A stretch of DNA of 64,000 nucleotides from Coprobacillus sp. CAG:698. GTDB taxonomy: Bacteria; Bacillota_I; Bacilli_A; ML615J-28; CAG-698. The stretch spans positions 72,647 to 136,646 of the forward strand of contig HF988734.1 of assembly GCA_000431235.1 (NCBI GenBank), written 5' to 3'. The position numbers and the translations under genes are program-made. Below, one piece after another: positions 40,214-50,680 of the stretch. Under the pieces are notes generated by a model, which had not been told where the DNA came from, ran no database searches, and saw only the letters and a program-made list of their open reading frames with translations. How positions within the stretch are numbered: the stretch's first letter is position 1; the number at the start of each line of letters is the position of its first letter.

Positions 40214-40311
40214 ATAACTTTCCTCCGAATATATATAGTTTACCATATATTTGTGTTTTCTTCAATAAATGAATTGAAAAAAAATAAAAAATGATATATA
40301 ATAAGTCGGAC

Positions 40312-40400
40312 AATTTAAATGGGAGCTTCGGCTGAGAGGTTACGAAAGTAACGACCATCTAACCTGATCTAGGTAATGCTAGCGTAGGAATTTAAATTTC
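40312..40400 (+). ncRNA. TPP (thiamine pyrophosphate) riboswitch
   Basis: Conserved THI-box elements GGCTGAGAG ... AACCTGATCTAGGTAATGCTAGCGTAGGAA. Promoter TTGAAA-N17-TATAAT at 40282-40310. A T-tract terminator-like platform precedes thiT. Confidence 0.8.
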
Positions 40401-40453
40401 TATACACATATAGCATTCCAAAAACTATTTTTTGTTTTGGGAGGTTATTAATT

Positions 40454-41053
40454 ATGAAGAAAAAAGTAGTTTTTAATATCACTTTTACAGCGGTGATGAT
40501 AGGTTTAGCTGTAGCCTTTGATTTTGTAGCAGGATTAATTCCATTTTTGAAATTTCCTTATGGAGGATGCATTTCTTTTGCAATGCTTCCATTAGTGTTA
40601 ATTTCTATTATGTGTGGACCTGTTTATGGCATCATTGGTGGAAGTCTTTTTGGCTTAATAAATTATTTTATTGATGGATATGGATTTAATATAATTTCAT
40701 TTCTATTAGATTATATTGTTGCTTTTGCCACACTAGCAATTATTTCTGTTTTTAGAAAGAAAATTCTTGAAGGAAAAAAAGGATACTTTGTGTTAGGCTT
40801 TGCACTAGGATTAATTTTAAGATGGATTTCAAGTAGTATAAGTGGTGTCTTGAATGCAGCGTCTTTTGGAATTGATGGTCCATTTTTAGAAAGTATTTTT
40901 GGAAATGGTAAAACTTCATTATTGTATATATGCATATATTCATTTATTTTGTATAATATGCCTTATATTTTCGCTTCTGGTGTACTTTGCATAGTTTTAG
41001 GTCTAATTATGTATAACAGTGTTATAATGAGAAAAAATGGTGAAAATGAATAA
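40454..41053 (+). CDS. thiT: ECF transporter S component for thiamine (ThiT-like)
   Basis: Six-TM protein of about 200 aa directly downstream of the TPP riboswitch. RBS GGGAGG. Confidence 0.7.
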   Translation: MKKKVVFNITFTAVMIGLAVAFDFVAGLIPFLKFPYGGCISFAMLPLVLISIMCGPVYGIIGGSLFGLINYFIDGYGFNIISFLLDYIVAFATLAIISVFRKKILEGKKGYFVLGFALGLILRWISSSISGVLNAASFGIDGPFLESIFGNGKTSLLYICIYSFILYNMPYIFASGVLCIVLGLIMYNSVIMRKNGENE

Positions 41054-41164
41054 ATAATTATAATCTGTAACTATTTTTGAAAATTAATAGTATTTACTAT
41101 TAATAAGAAATATGGTATAATGAATATAGTAAAATATAGTTTTAGCACGAAAGGAAAATAAAAA

Positions 41165-41776
41165 ATGAATTTACCTAATAAATTAACAATAGCAAGAATG
41201 TGTGCGATTCCAGTAGTAATTGTTGTATCATTACTATCTGTACTTCAAAATGTGTCAAGAGTTGTAAATGTGCAATTGTTGATCTTACTAGTAGTTTTTG
41301 CTTTAGCATCAATTACTGATTTCCTTGATGGAAAGATTGCTCGAAAATACAATTTAGTTACTAACTTTGGAAAGTTTATGGATCCTCTTGCTGATAAACT
41401 ATTAGTTATGGCAACAATGATAGCAATGCTTGAATTAGGAATATTTAAAGCATTCAATATTAGTTTTGGATTTGTAATTACAATTATTCTTGCAAGAGAG
41501 TTTGCGGTTACAGGTTTACGTACTTTAGCAGCTGATAATGGTGTTGTTATTGCGGCAAGTAAGTTAGGAAAATCAAAAACAGTAACGCAGATGGCTATGA
41601 TCATTTATGTATTAGCAATTAATATGGTAGATATAAATAATAATATTGGAATAGCTAAGGACATTATAACATTGGTATTAGTTTCTCTTGCTACAATTAT
41701 GACAATTGTGTCTGGAATTGACTATTTTGTAAAAAATGTTAATGTTTTAAAAGAGAAGAATAATAAGGAGAACTAG
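41165..41776 (+). CDS. pgsA: CDP-diacylglycerol--glycerol-3-phosphate 3-phosphatidyltransferase
   Basis: CDP-alcohol phosphatidyltransferase motif [27 protein letters not shown]. Confidence 0.85.
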   Translation: MNLPNKLTIARMCAIPVVIVVSLLSVLQNVSRVVNVQLLILLVVFALASITDFLDGKIARKYNLVTNFGKFMDPLADKLLVMATMIAMLELGIFKAFNISFGFVITIILAREFAVTGLRTLAADNGVVIAASKLGKSKTVTQMAMIIYVLAINMVDINNNIGIAKDIITLVLVSLATIMTIVSGIDYFVKNVNVLKEKNNKEN

Positions 41777-41777
41777 A

Positions 41778-42815
41778 ATGGCTGAAGATAAGATTCAAAA
41801 AGAAGAATTAGAAAAAGCAAAAGCAATGGAAGAAAAAAATAAGGCCCTAAATGATGCTTTCAAATCTATAGAAAAACAATTTGGAAAAGGCTCTATTATG
41901 AGACTTGGAGATAAAGTGAATGAACAATATGAAGTTGTTCCAACTGGATCAATTGCCTTGGATATGGCTTTGGGTGTAGGTGGTTACCCTAAAGGCAGAA
42001 TCATAGAAATATATGGACCTGAAAGTAGTGGTAAAACAACTTTTGCTTTACATGCAATTGCTGAAGCGCAAAAACAAGGAGGCATTGCGGCATTTATTGA
42101 TGCTGAACATGCTTTAGATCCTCGCTACGCATTTAGTTTAGGTGTAGATGTTGATAATCTAATTGTGTCTCAACCAGATACTGGAGAGCAAGCATTAGAG
42201 ATATGTGATTATTTAATAAGAAGTGGAGCAGTATCAATTATTGTTGTTGACTCAGTTGCTGCTTTAGTTCCAAAAGTTGAAATAGATGGTGATATGGGTG
42301 ATTCTCATATAGGATTACAAGCACGTTTGATGTCACAAGCAATGCGTAAGTTGAGTGGAGCAATTAGCAAAACTAATTGTGTTGCGATATTTATAAATCA
42401 AATTAGAGAAAAAGTTGGCGTTATGTTCGGTAGCCCAGAAACAACTTCTGGAGGAAGAGCGTTAAAGTTCTATGCGACTATTAGATTAGACATTAGAAGA
42501 GTAGAACAAATTAAACAAGGAGATACGGCAATAGGTTCTATAACTAGAGTAAAGGTAGTTAAGAACAAAGTGGCTCCTCCATTTAAGACATGCGATGTTG
42601 ATTTAATCTATGGTAAAGGTATCTCTAAAGAAGCTGAAATAATTGATTTAGGTGTTAAATATGATATAATTGAAAAGAGTGGTTCATGGTTTGCCTATAA
42701 TGATGAAAAATTAGGTCAAGGCCGTGAAAATGTAAAAGAGTATTTAAGACAAAATCCAAATTTATCAGAAGAAATACTTACAAAGATTAAAAATAAGTAT
42801 TTTAATATAGAATAA
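41778..42815 (+). CDS. recA: Recombinase RecA
   Basis: Walker [10 protein letters not shown] plus the L1/L2 loops. Very conserved. 345 aa. Confidence 0.97.
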   Translation: MAEDKIQKEELEKAKAMEEKNKALNDAFKSIEKQFGKGSIMRLGDKVNEQYEVVPTGSIALDMALGVGGYPKGRIIEIYGPESSGKTTFALHAIAEAQKQGGIAAFIDAEHALDPRYAFSLGVDVDNLIVSQPDTGEQALEICDYLIRSGAVSIIVVDSVAALVPKVEIDGDMGDSHIGLQARLMSQAMRKLSGAISKTNCVAIFINQIREKVGVMFGSPETTSGGRALKFYATIRLDIRRVEQIKQGDTAIGSITRVKVVKNKVAPPFKTCDVDLIYGKGISKEAEIIDLGVKYDIIEKSGSWFAYNDEKLGQGRENVKEYLRQNPNLSEEILTKIKNKYFNIE

Positions 42816-42819
42816 AATG

Positions 42820-42849
42820 ATGGTTAGTTTGACTAACCATTTTCTTTTT
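42820..42849 (+). terminator. Intrinsic terminator after recA
   Basis: ATGGTTAG-tttga-CTAACCAT followed by TTTCTTTTT. Confidence 0.6.
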
Positions 42850-42891
42850 AAAAAACTAATATCAAAAATAAATAAATCAACTATAAATTGT

Positions 42892-42920
42892 CATTGACTA
42901 TAGACTAAAAAAGTAGTATA
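42892..42920 (+). promoter_or_regulatory. Sigma-A promoter for rny (TTGACT-N17-TATAAT)
   Basis: ttgact atagactaaaaaagtag tataat. Confidence 0.5.
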
Positions 42921-43006
42921 ATATAAAAGTATGAAATATAGTATTATTTTAAATTCATTTTATAATTGTATTAGATTTTGTAATATATTTTTGAAAATTG
43001 GAGGTT

Positions 43007-44617
43007 ATGATGAACACATTAGTTTATTTAGGAATTAGTGTTGGAATCTTCGTACCTGTTATTGTTGTTGCATTAGCACTAGGTGTTGCTGGTGGATATT
43101 TAGTACTAAGATATATTTTAATGAAATCTGGAAAAGATGCCAAAAAAATAATTGAGGAAGCTAAAAAAACTGCAGAGACACATCGTAGAGAAGCTGTTAT
43201 GGAGTTAAAACAAGAACTTCGTAACATGAGACAAGAAAGTGATAAAGAAAATCAAGCTAAAAAAATTGCTGCTGAACGTGAAATTGATGAGAAAAAGAAA
43301 GCAGCTAATGAGTTAGAACAAAAATTATTACAACGTGAAGAACGTTTGGATAATCGTAGTAATAACCTTGATAAGCGTGAAGAAATCTTAAATGTCAAAG
43401 AGCAAAAAATCGATCAAGTAAAAGCTGATCTTGATGGACAATTTGCGAAAGCTAATGAACTAATTGAAGAACAGAACAAGAAACTAATTGAAATTTCTGG
43501 ATTAAAAGTTGAAGATGCAAAGAAGATAATTCTTGAAAGTATTGAAAATGAAATGGCCGATGAAGTAGCAGTTGTTGTTAAAGAGGCCGAAGACAGAGCA
43601 AAAGTTGAAAGTAACAAGAAATCCCAAATGATTCTTGCTAATGCCATTCAACAATATGCTGGTGATGCAGTAAGTGAAAAAACTGTTTCAGTTGTTCCAC
43701 TACCAAATGATGATATGAAGGGTCGTATCATTGGACGTGAAGGCCGTAATATACGTGCTATAGAAGCTTCTACAGGAGTTGATTTAATAATTGATGATAC
43801 CCCAGAAGCAGTAGTAATTTCATGCTTTGATCCTATTAGAAGAGAAATCGCTAAAAGAACGTTAGAGGCATTAATTTCTGATGGTCGTATTCAACCATCA
43901 AGAATTGAAGAATTAGTAGCCAAATTTAAAAAGGAATTAGATAACGAAATTCGTGAAGCAGGTGAAAAAGCAATCTATGAAGTTGGTGTTGGTAAGATGC
44001 ATCCTGAACTAATCAAACTTGTTGGTAGATTAAAATTCCGTACAAGTTATGGTCAAAATGCTTTATCACATTCAAAGGAAGTTGCTTTCTTAACTGGTAA
44101 ACTTGCTGCCGAAATCGGATTAAATGAAACTTTAGCTCGTCGTGCTGGTTTATTACATGATATTGGAAAAGCTGCAGACCATGAAATGGAAGGAAGCCAC
44201 GTTGATATAGGGGTTGAATTAGCAACAAGATATCGCGAAAATCCTGTTGTTATAAATGCAATTGCCTCTCACCATGGAGATAAAGAAGCAACAGATATGA
44301 TTTCTTTATTGGTTGCTGCTGCAGATACAATTTCAGCTGCAAGACCTGGTGCTAGAAGTGAATCAATTGAAAATTACATTAAGAGATTAACACAACTTGA
44401 AGAAATATGTAATGAATTTAAAGGTGTTGATAAATCATATGCTTTACAAGCAGGTCGTGAAATACGTGTAATGGTTAAACCAACTGAAATTGATGATACA
44501 CTAGCATACAAATTAGCTAGAGATATTCGCATTAAAATTGAAAATACGCTTACTTATCCTGGTACTATCAAAGTAACTGTTATTAGAGAAACAAGAGTTC
44601 AAGAAACAGCTAAATAA
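43007..44617 (+). CDS. rny: Ribonuclease Y
   Basis: N-terminal TM helix, coiled coil, KH domain ([12 protein letters not shown]) and HD domain (HSKEVA...LLHDIGK). The start could be ATG 43007 or 43010. Confidence 0.9.
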   Translation: MMNTLVYLGISVGIFVPVIVVALALGVAGGYLVLRYILMKSGKDAKKIIEEAKKTAETHRREAVMELKQELRNMRQESDKENQAKKIAAEREIDEKKKAANELEQKLLQREERLDNRSNNLDKREEILNVKEQKIDQVKADLDGQFAKANELIEEQNKKLIEISGLKVEDAKKIILESIENEMADEVAVVVKEAEDRAKVESNKKSQMILANAIQQYAGDAVSEKTVSVVPLPNDDMKGRIIGREGRNIRAIEASTGVDLIIDDTPEAVVISCFDPIRREIAKRTLEALISDGRIQPSRIEELVAKFKKELDNEIREAGEKAIYEVGVGKMHPELIKLVGRLKFRTSYGQNALSHSKEVAFLTGKLAAEIGLNETLARRAGLLHDIGKAADHEMEGSHVDIGVELATRYRENPVVINAIASHHGDKEATDMISLLVAAADTISAARPGARSESIENYIKRLTQLEEICNEFKGVDKSYALQAGREIRVMVKPTEIDDTLAYKLARDIRIKIENTLTYPGTIKVTVIRETRVQETAK

Positions 44618-44649
44618 TACTTTTGATGATTTGGATTAGTAACAGAATA

Positions 44650-44682
44650 AATGTTTCTAAGTCATCCTTAGAAACATTTTTA
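44650..44682 (+). terminator. Intrinsic terminator/attenuator between rny and ymdB
   Basis: AATGTTTCTAAG-tcatc-CTTAGAAACATT followed by TTT. Confidence 0.5.
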
Positions 44683-44695
44683 AAAAGGAGTATAT

Positions 44696-45472
44696 ATGAA
44701 AATATTATTTGTTGGTGATGTCTTTTCTAAACTTGGAAGAAAAGCCTTAGAAACAAACATAAAGAGAATTAAAGAATCACAAAAAATTAATTTTGTTATT
44801 GTAAATGGGGAAAATATTTCCCATGGTAAAGGTATCAATGAAGGACATTATTTATGGCTTTTAGAACAAGGTGTAAATGTTGTAACTCTAGGAAATCATT
44901 CTTTCCAACAAAGTAGTATTATGAATATAATTGATAATGCCAAATGTTTAGTTAGACCATATAATTATCTTGACGATAAACCGGGTAAAGGATATCTTGA
45001 GGTAAATTACAATGGCATAAAAATTGTTATCATCCAAATGCTTGGTCAAGTATTTATGAATGAAGAAGTTAAAAATCCATTTCAAGAAACAAAGAAATTA
45101 CTTGAACAATTAACATATGACATATGCATAATCGATTTTCACGCAGAAAGTACAAGCGAAAAAATTGCTTTTGGGTATGCGTTTGATGGACTAGCAACGG
45201 CTATCATTGGAACTCATACTCATGTGCAAACTGCTGACGAGAGAATCCTAACGAAAGGTACAGCTTTTATAACTGATGTAGGAATGACTGGACCACTTGA
45301 CGGTGTCATAGGAGTTAAAAAAGAAATAATTATTGATAGATATTTGAATGATGGTTGGCACAGATTTGATCCTCAAGATGATGGATTAATGCAATTTAGT
45401 GCAGTTATTTTAGAAATAAATGAATTAACGCACAAAGTGACACGTATCGACAGAGTACATGTGATAGAATAA
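44696..45472 (+). CDS. ymdB: YmdB-family metallophosphoesterase (2',3'-cyclic-nucleotide phosphodiesterase)
   Basis: MKILFVGDVFSKLGR...NGEN...GNH matches the calcineurin-like YmdB family (TIGR00282). Lies after rny as in B. subtilis. Confidence 0.85.
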   Translation: MKILFVGDVFSKLGRKALETNIKRIKESQKINFVIVNGENISHGKGINEGHYLWLLEQGVNVVTLGNHSFQQSSIMNIIDNAKCLVRPYNYLDDKPGKGYLEVNYNGIKIVIIQMLGQVFMNEEVKNPFQETKKLLEQLTYDICIIDFHAESTSEKIAFGYAFDGLATAIIGTHTHVQTADERILTKGTAFITDVGMTGPLDGVIGVKKEIIIDRYLNDGWHRFDPQDDGLMQFSAVILEINELTHKVTRIDRVHVIE

Positions 45473-45543
45473 TTCCTGTAAAGGCATAAAATCATAAACT
45501 AGCGAATATAATTTTATGACCAAACTTAACAGGAGGAAAAACA

Positions 45544-45807
45544 ATGGATATTTTAAAAGTTTCATCAAAATCAAAACCAGCTTCAGTAGCAGGTGCTCTA
45601 GCTAATGCCTTTAGGACTCAGGAATCGATTGAAATTCAAGCGATTGGAGCCGGTGCATTAAATCAAGCTATTAAATCAGTTGCAATTGCTCGTGGGTATG
45701 TTGCCCCAACAGGAAAAGATTTAATCTGCATACCAGCATTTAGTGATATTCAAATTGAAGGCGAAGAAAGAACAGCAATTAAGTTAATTGTTGAAAAGAG
45801 AAAATAG
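45544..45807 (+). CDS. spoVS: Stage V sporulation protein S
   Basis: 87 aa (MDILKVSSKSKP...AIGAGALNQAIKS...) with high identity to SpoVS. RBS AGGAGG. Confidence 0.85.
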   Translation: MDILKVSSKSKPASVAGALANAFRTQESIEIQAIGAGALNQAIKSVAIARGYVAPTGKDLICIPAFSDIQIEGEERTAIKLIVEKRK

Positions 45808-45816
45808 TTAAAACTC

Positions 45817-45856
45817 AAGGACTTACAAGTTTTATTACTTGAGTCCTTTTTTAAAT
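45817..45856 (+). terminator. Intrinsic terminator after spoVS
   Basis: Imperfect hairpin AAGGACTTACAAGT...ACTTGAGTCCTT followed by TTTTTT. Confidence 0.45.
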
Positions 45857-45980
45857 TATGTAAAAAGAGTTTAGAACTATTTATGTTTATTATTTAAAAG
45901 ATATTGAAAAAAAACACAAAATGTATTAAAATAATAACAAAAAAGTCATTAAATAAATATAATGAAAATGGGACGATAAA

Positions 45981-46559
45981 ATGATAAATAATTTACCAAT
46001 CTTAGAAACTCAAAGATTAATTTTAAGGGAAATATGTGAAAAGGATGCTAAGGACATGAATGAGTATGCTAAAATACCTTATGTTGGTCCAGAAGCAGGA
46101 TGGGAACCGCACACAACACTCTCATATACAAAAAATGTAATAAGAATGTTTAATAGAAAAAAATATTATGGACAATTAGGTGTATTTGCAATTATTTTAC
46201 GTGAAAATAATAAAATGATTGGGACTGTTGAACTTCATACTTATACACCATCTTTTAAAGCAGAACTCGGATATACAGTTAGTCCATATTATTGGGGCTT
46301 TGGATATGCTGTTGAAGCAAGTAAGGAAGTTATAAAATATGGATTTGAAGAATTAAACTTAAAAAGAATTGAATGCATGTGTTTTCCAGAAAACGCACAA
46401 TCAAAAAGAGTATGCGAAAAGCTATTATTTCCTTATGAAGGAGTGAGACGAAAGGGGTACCAATTATATAATGGAAGAATTAGTGATCTAATTTCTTTTG
46501 CTATGACTGATGACGATTATTATAAAATAAAGGAAGAAAAATTATGGGAAAAGAAATAG
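45981..46559 (+). CDS. GNAT family N-acetyltransferase (RimJ/RimL-like)
   Basis: 192 aa with acetyl-CoA binding motifs characteristic of GNATs of the RimL/YdaF class. Confidence 0.65.
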   Translation: MINNLPILETQRLILREICEKDAKDMNEYAKIPYVGPEAGWEPHTTLSYTKNVIRMFNRKKYYGQLGVFAIILRENNKMIGTVELHTYTPSFKAELGYTVSPYYWGFGYAVEASKEVIKYGFEELNLKRIECMCFPENAQSKRVCEKLLFPYEGVRRKGYQLYNGRISDLISFAMTDDDYYKIKEEKLWEKK

Positions 46560-47533
46560 TATCTTATGTAAAAAGACATTTATCAAAATATCCGAAAATG
46601 GAAACTATAGATATTTTCAAACTTCTTTATCAAGAAGTTTTTCTAACAGGACATATAATAAATGAAAATTCTCTAAAATACTTATTAGAGGAAGCAAAAG
46701 AAGTGAAGGAAAACGATAATTTATTATATGAATACATAGCCAATGGGCAAGTTAGAATAAATCTTTATCCATACTTAAAATATTATAGTATAGATAATCT
46801 TTATGAAAAAATGCTTCTTTCAAGTAAAGAAGAAATTAATAAAGATATCTTTTATGAGGTTGATTATATTAAAGGAGCTAGTATATGTGAGAATCGAATA
46901 CTTGCAAGTCTTCTTTATATAAATGTATATAATAATTTACTTCCATCACATAGTAAAATATATAAAAATTATTACGAGCCTCATTATCGTTTACTATCTT
47001 CAAAATATTTAGATTGTGATGTTCGTAAAAGAAAACTTCAGAGTTTCATCGAAAAAGTAAAAAAACCAAATGAGAAAATAATAATAGCATGTGAGGGAAG
47101 ATGTGCATCAGGTAAAACAACAATAACAAATATGTTAGAAGATGTTACCGTAATTCACGTTGATGATTTCTTCCCTGAAAATAAAGATGAAAGACTAGAT
47201 TTCGAAAGAATAAAAAGTGTACTCAAAGAAATCAAATCAAATGATAAAGTAACCTATATGGCAAGAAACTGCCAAACAAAAACTTATGAAAAGAAAGAAT
47301 TAGAACTAAAAGATATAGTAATTATCGAAGGTGTATATAGTTATGATGAGTGTTTACGTAACTATATAGACTATTTAGTTTTCTTTATAACAACTAAGAA
47401 TCTTCAAAAAGAAAGATTAGTTAAAAGAGAAACAACAAAGCATTTAGAAATGTTCAATAAGATCTGGATCCCTCGTGAAGAAGCTTATTATAAAACCTTT
47501 GATTTTATACAAAATAGTGATATACTAATATAA
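46544..47533 (+). CDS. Two-domain protein: unknown N-terminal domain + uridine-kinase-like P-loop NTP-binding C-terminal domain
   Basis: P-loop GRCASGKTT, VIHVDDFF and IIEGVY resemble the Udk/PRK kinase fold. Overlaps the GNAT gene by 16 nt. Confidence 0.45.
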   Translation: MGKEIVSYVKRHLSKYPKMETIDIFKLLYQEVFLTGHIINENSLKYLLEEAKEVKENDNLLYEYIANGQVRINLYPYLKYYSIDNLYEKMLLSSKEEINKDIFYEVDYIKGASICENRILASLLYINVYNNLLPSHSKIYKNYYEPHYRLLSSKYLDCDVRKRKLQSFIEKVKKPNEKIIIACEGRCASGKTTITNMLEDVTVIHVDDFFPENKDERLDFERIKSVLKEIKSNDKVTYMARNCQTKTYEKKELELKDIVIIEGVYSYDECLRNYIDYLVFFITTKNLQKERLVKRETTKHLEMFNKIWIPREEAYYKTFDFIQNSDILI

Positions 47534-47554
47534 ATTATTAAAACGGAGAAGAAT

Positions 47555-48991
47555 ATGAAAAAAGAATTTAGTCGATTTGTGATTCCAAACATTAATATGG
47601 AAAGAAAAAGAATGGCCAAAGAAACCCAAATAATACAATATAAGATTGATGATAAATGTTTAAATATAGGTAATGGTAAATATTATCATATAAAAACATA
47701 TGGTTGTCAAGGCAATCTATCTGATAGTGAAAAAATATCAGGTCTTCTTGAAAAAATGGGTTTTGTGTCTACAGATTCTGATGCTAAAGCAGATATAATA
47801 GTATTTAATACTTGTGCAATTAGAGAAAATGCTGAAAACAGAGTGTTTGGAGAATTGGGTAGAATCAAAAACTTGAAAAAAGAAAATCCTAATCTATTGA
47901 TGGTTTTATGTGGATGCATGGCCCAAGAAGAAAAAGTTGTAAAAAGGATAACTGAAAAATACCCACAAGTTGATATAGTTTTAGGAACACATAATATTCA
48001 TATGTTACCTGAGTATATTTATGAAGCTTATGACAAGAATAGCCGTGTTATAGATGTGTATTCTGAAGAAGGTGATATTGTCGAAGGCATGCCTGTTAGA
48101 CGAAGTCACAATAAAAAGGCTTGGGTTGACATTATGTATGGCTGTGATGAATTTTGTACTTATTGTATAGTTCCCTATACAAGAGGTAAAGAGCGTTCTC
48201 GTTTGCCTGAAGATATTATTAAAGAAGTAACTGACTTAGCAAAAGAAGGATATATTGAAGTTACTTTACTAGGACAAAATGTAAATGCTTATGGTAAAGA
48301 TTTTAAAGACAGAAAATATACTTTTGCTGATCTTTTAAAAGATTTGAATAAACTTGATATAAAACGTATTAGATATACAACTTCACATCCTCGTGATTTA
48401 GATGATGAAACAATTGAAGCGATGAGATATGGCGGAAATATAATGCCACACTTACACTTACCAGTACAATCTGGAAGTAATCAGATTCTAAAACGTATGA
48501 ATAGAAAGTATACAAAAGAAGAATACTTAGATAAGATTAATAAGCTAAAACAAACAGTTCCCGGTATTTCATTAACTACAGATATAATTGTTGCTTTTCC
48601 TGGAGAAACTGAAGAAGATTTTGAAGAAACATTAGATTTAGTACACAAAGCAGATTTTGAGGGAGCGTACACATTCATATATTCACCAAGAGAAGGTACA
48701 CCAGCTGCGAAGTACGAAAATCTATTAACTGAAAAAGAAAAAAAGGAAAGACTATTAAAGCTAAATAAATTAATTAATGAAGGTTATTTAAAAGGCAACA
48801 AAAGATTTGAAGGCGAAATTGTTGAAGTGTTAGTTGAAGGCTTTTCAGAGAAAAATAAAAACTATTTAACTGGTTACACTAAACACAATAAACTTGTAAA
48901 CTTTATTGGAGACGAAAGCCTAATTGGAACACTTGTTAATGTGAAAATTGAAAAAGCCTATAGTTGGCATTTAAAGGGTAAAATAGTTTAA
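47555..48991 (+). CDS. miaB: tRNA-2-methylthio-N6-dimethylallyladenosine synthase MiaB (radical SAM)
   Basis: MTTase N-terminus YGCQ(G)N, radical-SAM CxxxCxxC (CDEFCTYC) and a TRAM domain. Confidence 0.9.
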   Translation: MKKEFSRFVIPNINMERKRMAKETQIIQYKIDDKCLNIGNGKYYHIKTYGCQGNLSDSEKISGLLEKMGFVSTDSDAKADIIVFNTCAIRENAENRVFGELGRIKNLKKENPNLLMVLCGCMAQEEKVVKRITEKYPQVDIVLGTHNIHMLPEYIYEAYDKNSRVIDVYSEEGDIVEGMPVRRSHNKKAWVDIMYGCDEFCTYCIVPYTRGKERSRLPEDIIKEVTDLAKEGYIEVTLLGQNVNAYGKDFKDRKYTFADLLKDLNKLDIKRIRYTTSHPRDLDDETIEAMRYGGNIMPHLHLPVQSGSNQILKRMNRKYTKEEYLDKINKLKQTVPGISLTTDIIVAFPGETEEDFEETLDLVHKADFEGAYTFIYSPREGTPAAKYENLLTEKEKKERLLKLNKLINEGYLKGNKRFEGEIVEVLVEGFSEKNKNYLTGYTKHNKLVNFIGDESLIGTLVNVKIEKAYSWHLKGKIV

Positions 48992-49043
48992 AACTGTAGC
49001 AAACGTATTCCTCCTTGAATATATTGTATTGAGGAGGGATTTT

Positions 49044-49559
49044 ATGAATGATATAAGAGAAATAGTTACCAAGGCTGTCGTAGGCAAAGGTAAAAAGATT
49101 ATCCAACGAACTGATGAAGTTGTTGCTAGTAATGAACCTTTTAGTGTACTAGGATGTTGGGTAATTAATCATGATTTTCAAGGAACTCTTGATGATAACG
49201 TTGTAACTGTTGAAGGAACATATGAAATAAATATATGGTATTCATATGATAACAATACTAAAACAGATATTGCTAGAGGCGAAGTAAACTACTTAAAGAA
49301 AATTAATACTAAAACAATTGTTCAAGATATAAACAAAGATACTCGTGAAATAATTATTGAAACAATTCAAGAGCCTACATGCACTAATGCATCTATAAAT
49401 GGTACATCTATCTGTGTCGATGTATGTTTTGAATTATTAGCTTCAATAATTGGCGAAACAAGAGTTAGAGTAGCTATTTTAGACCAAATTGATTGTACTG
49501 ACTATACTGACGATGATTTCGAAGATGAAATTAATGAGAATTTTATAAGTGAAGAATAG
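49044..49559 (+). CDS. cotE: Spore coat morphogenetic protein CotE
   Basis: Strong similarity to B. subtilis CotE by recall (REIVTKAVVGKGKK, VLGCWVINH, YEINIWYSYDNNTKT, acidic C-terminus). RBS GAGGAGGG. Lies after miaB as in B. subtilis. Confidence 0.8.
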   Translation: MNDIREIVTKAVVGKGKKIIQRTDEVVASNEPFSVLGCWVINHDFQGTLDDNVVTVEGTYEINIWYSYDNNTKTDIARGEVNYLKKINTKTIVQDINKDTREIIIETIQEPTCTNASINGTSICVDVCFELLASIIGETRVRVAILDQIDCTDYTDDDFEDEINENFISEE

Positions 49560-49598
49560 AATCAATTGGGTATCCAATTGATTTTTTATGGAGGCATT

Positions 49599-50270
49599 AT
49601 GTACAAAGCATTACTTGTAGATTTAGATAATACATTATTAGATTTTAATAAAGCTGAAGAGAGAGCTCTTACGACTACGCTCTTAAGATATGGACTAAAT
49701 GATACAAAAGAAATAAAAGAAGAATTTAAAAAAATAAATAGTAAGTATTGGATGATATTTGAAAAAGGTGAAATATCTAAAGAAGATCTTTTAGTACAGA
49801 GATTTAAAGATTTCTTTGAAAAATATATTCCTAATCCTAAGGCAAAAGAAATAAACACTTTTTATCTCAATCAATTAGCTGAATCAGGTGATTTAGTAGT
49901 GCATGCACTTGAAACGTTAGAAACTATCAAAGATAAGGTTAAGATTTATCCAGTAACTAATGGAGTATATAACACACAAGTTAGGCGCTTAGAAAAATCT
50001 GGTTTGAATAAATTTTTTGAAAAAATATTTGTTTCTGAAAAAATAGGATATCAAAAACCAAAAAAAGAATTCTTTGATTATGTCTTCAATAATATAGAAT
50101 ATAATAAAGATGAAGTTTTATTGCTTGGTGATAGTTTAACAGCCGATATCATAGGCGGAATAAACTATGGTATTGATACATGTTGGTACAATCCTAATCA
50201 CTTAAGTAGTAATCTAAAAATAACGTATGTTATAGATGATTTATTAGATTTAATAAAACTTATAAAATAA
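49599..50270 (+). CDS. HAD-superfamily hydrolase (YjjG-like nucleotidase subfamily)
   Basis: Motif I DLDNTL and motifs III/IV (LGDSLTADIIGG). 223 aa. Confidence 0.7.
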   Translation: MYKALLVDLDNTLLDFNKAEERALTTTLLRYGLNDTKEIKEEFKKINSKYWMIFEKGEISKEDLLVQRFKDFFEKYIPNPKAKEINTFYLNQLAESGDLVVHALETLETIKDKVKIYPVTNGVYNTQVRRLEKSGLNKFFEKIFVSEKIGYQKPKKEFFDYVFNNIEYNKDEVLLLGDSLTADIIGGINYGIDTCWYNPNHLSSNLKITYVIDDLLDLIKLIK

Positions 50271-50318
50271 ATGAAAATTTCACTTGATATATATGGATAA
50301 TTATGGTAAAATGTAGGT

Positions 50319-50429
50319 GTGAGACTAAAAACTCATTCCTAAGAGATTTTAAAATCTATATATTATATATTTAGGATAAGTATTATGTAGTGAAATGTAA
50401 AACTCTCTTAGGTAAAAGGGAGTTTTTTT
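50319..50429 (+). ncRNA. Candidate small structured RNA with own promoter (TTGATA-N17-TAAAAT at 50284-50312) and intrinsic terminator
   Basis: Long-range complementarity CCTAAGAGA (50338-46) / TCTCTTAGG (50407-15). Terminator CTCTCTT-aggta-AAGGGAG followed by TTTTTTT. Confidence 0.3.
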
Positions 50430-50680
50430 GCGAGTAGACTATTTAAATATTTTGATATAAAAATTATGATTTAAAAATATTAATAGAATAACATAAAGAT
50501 TTTTGAGTGTTGTAAAAATAGATTATATTATATTTAATGCATATAATAATAATGATAAAACAGTATGAGGAGGTAGTGTATGAAAATTTATCTTGTATTA
50601 AAGAAAATCATCAAAGAGTTTGTTAGCCATGGCATACGGCTAAAAGTATGCCACTAAAAATTAATGAAAGGAGTGAAAGA

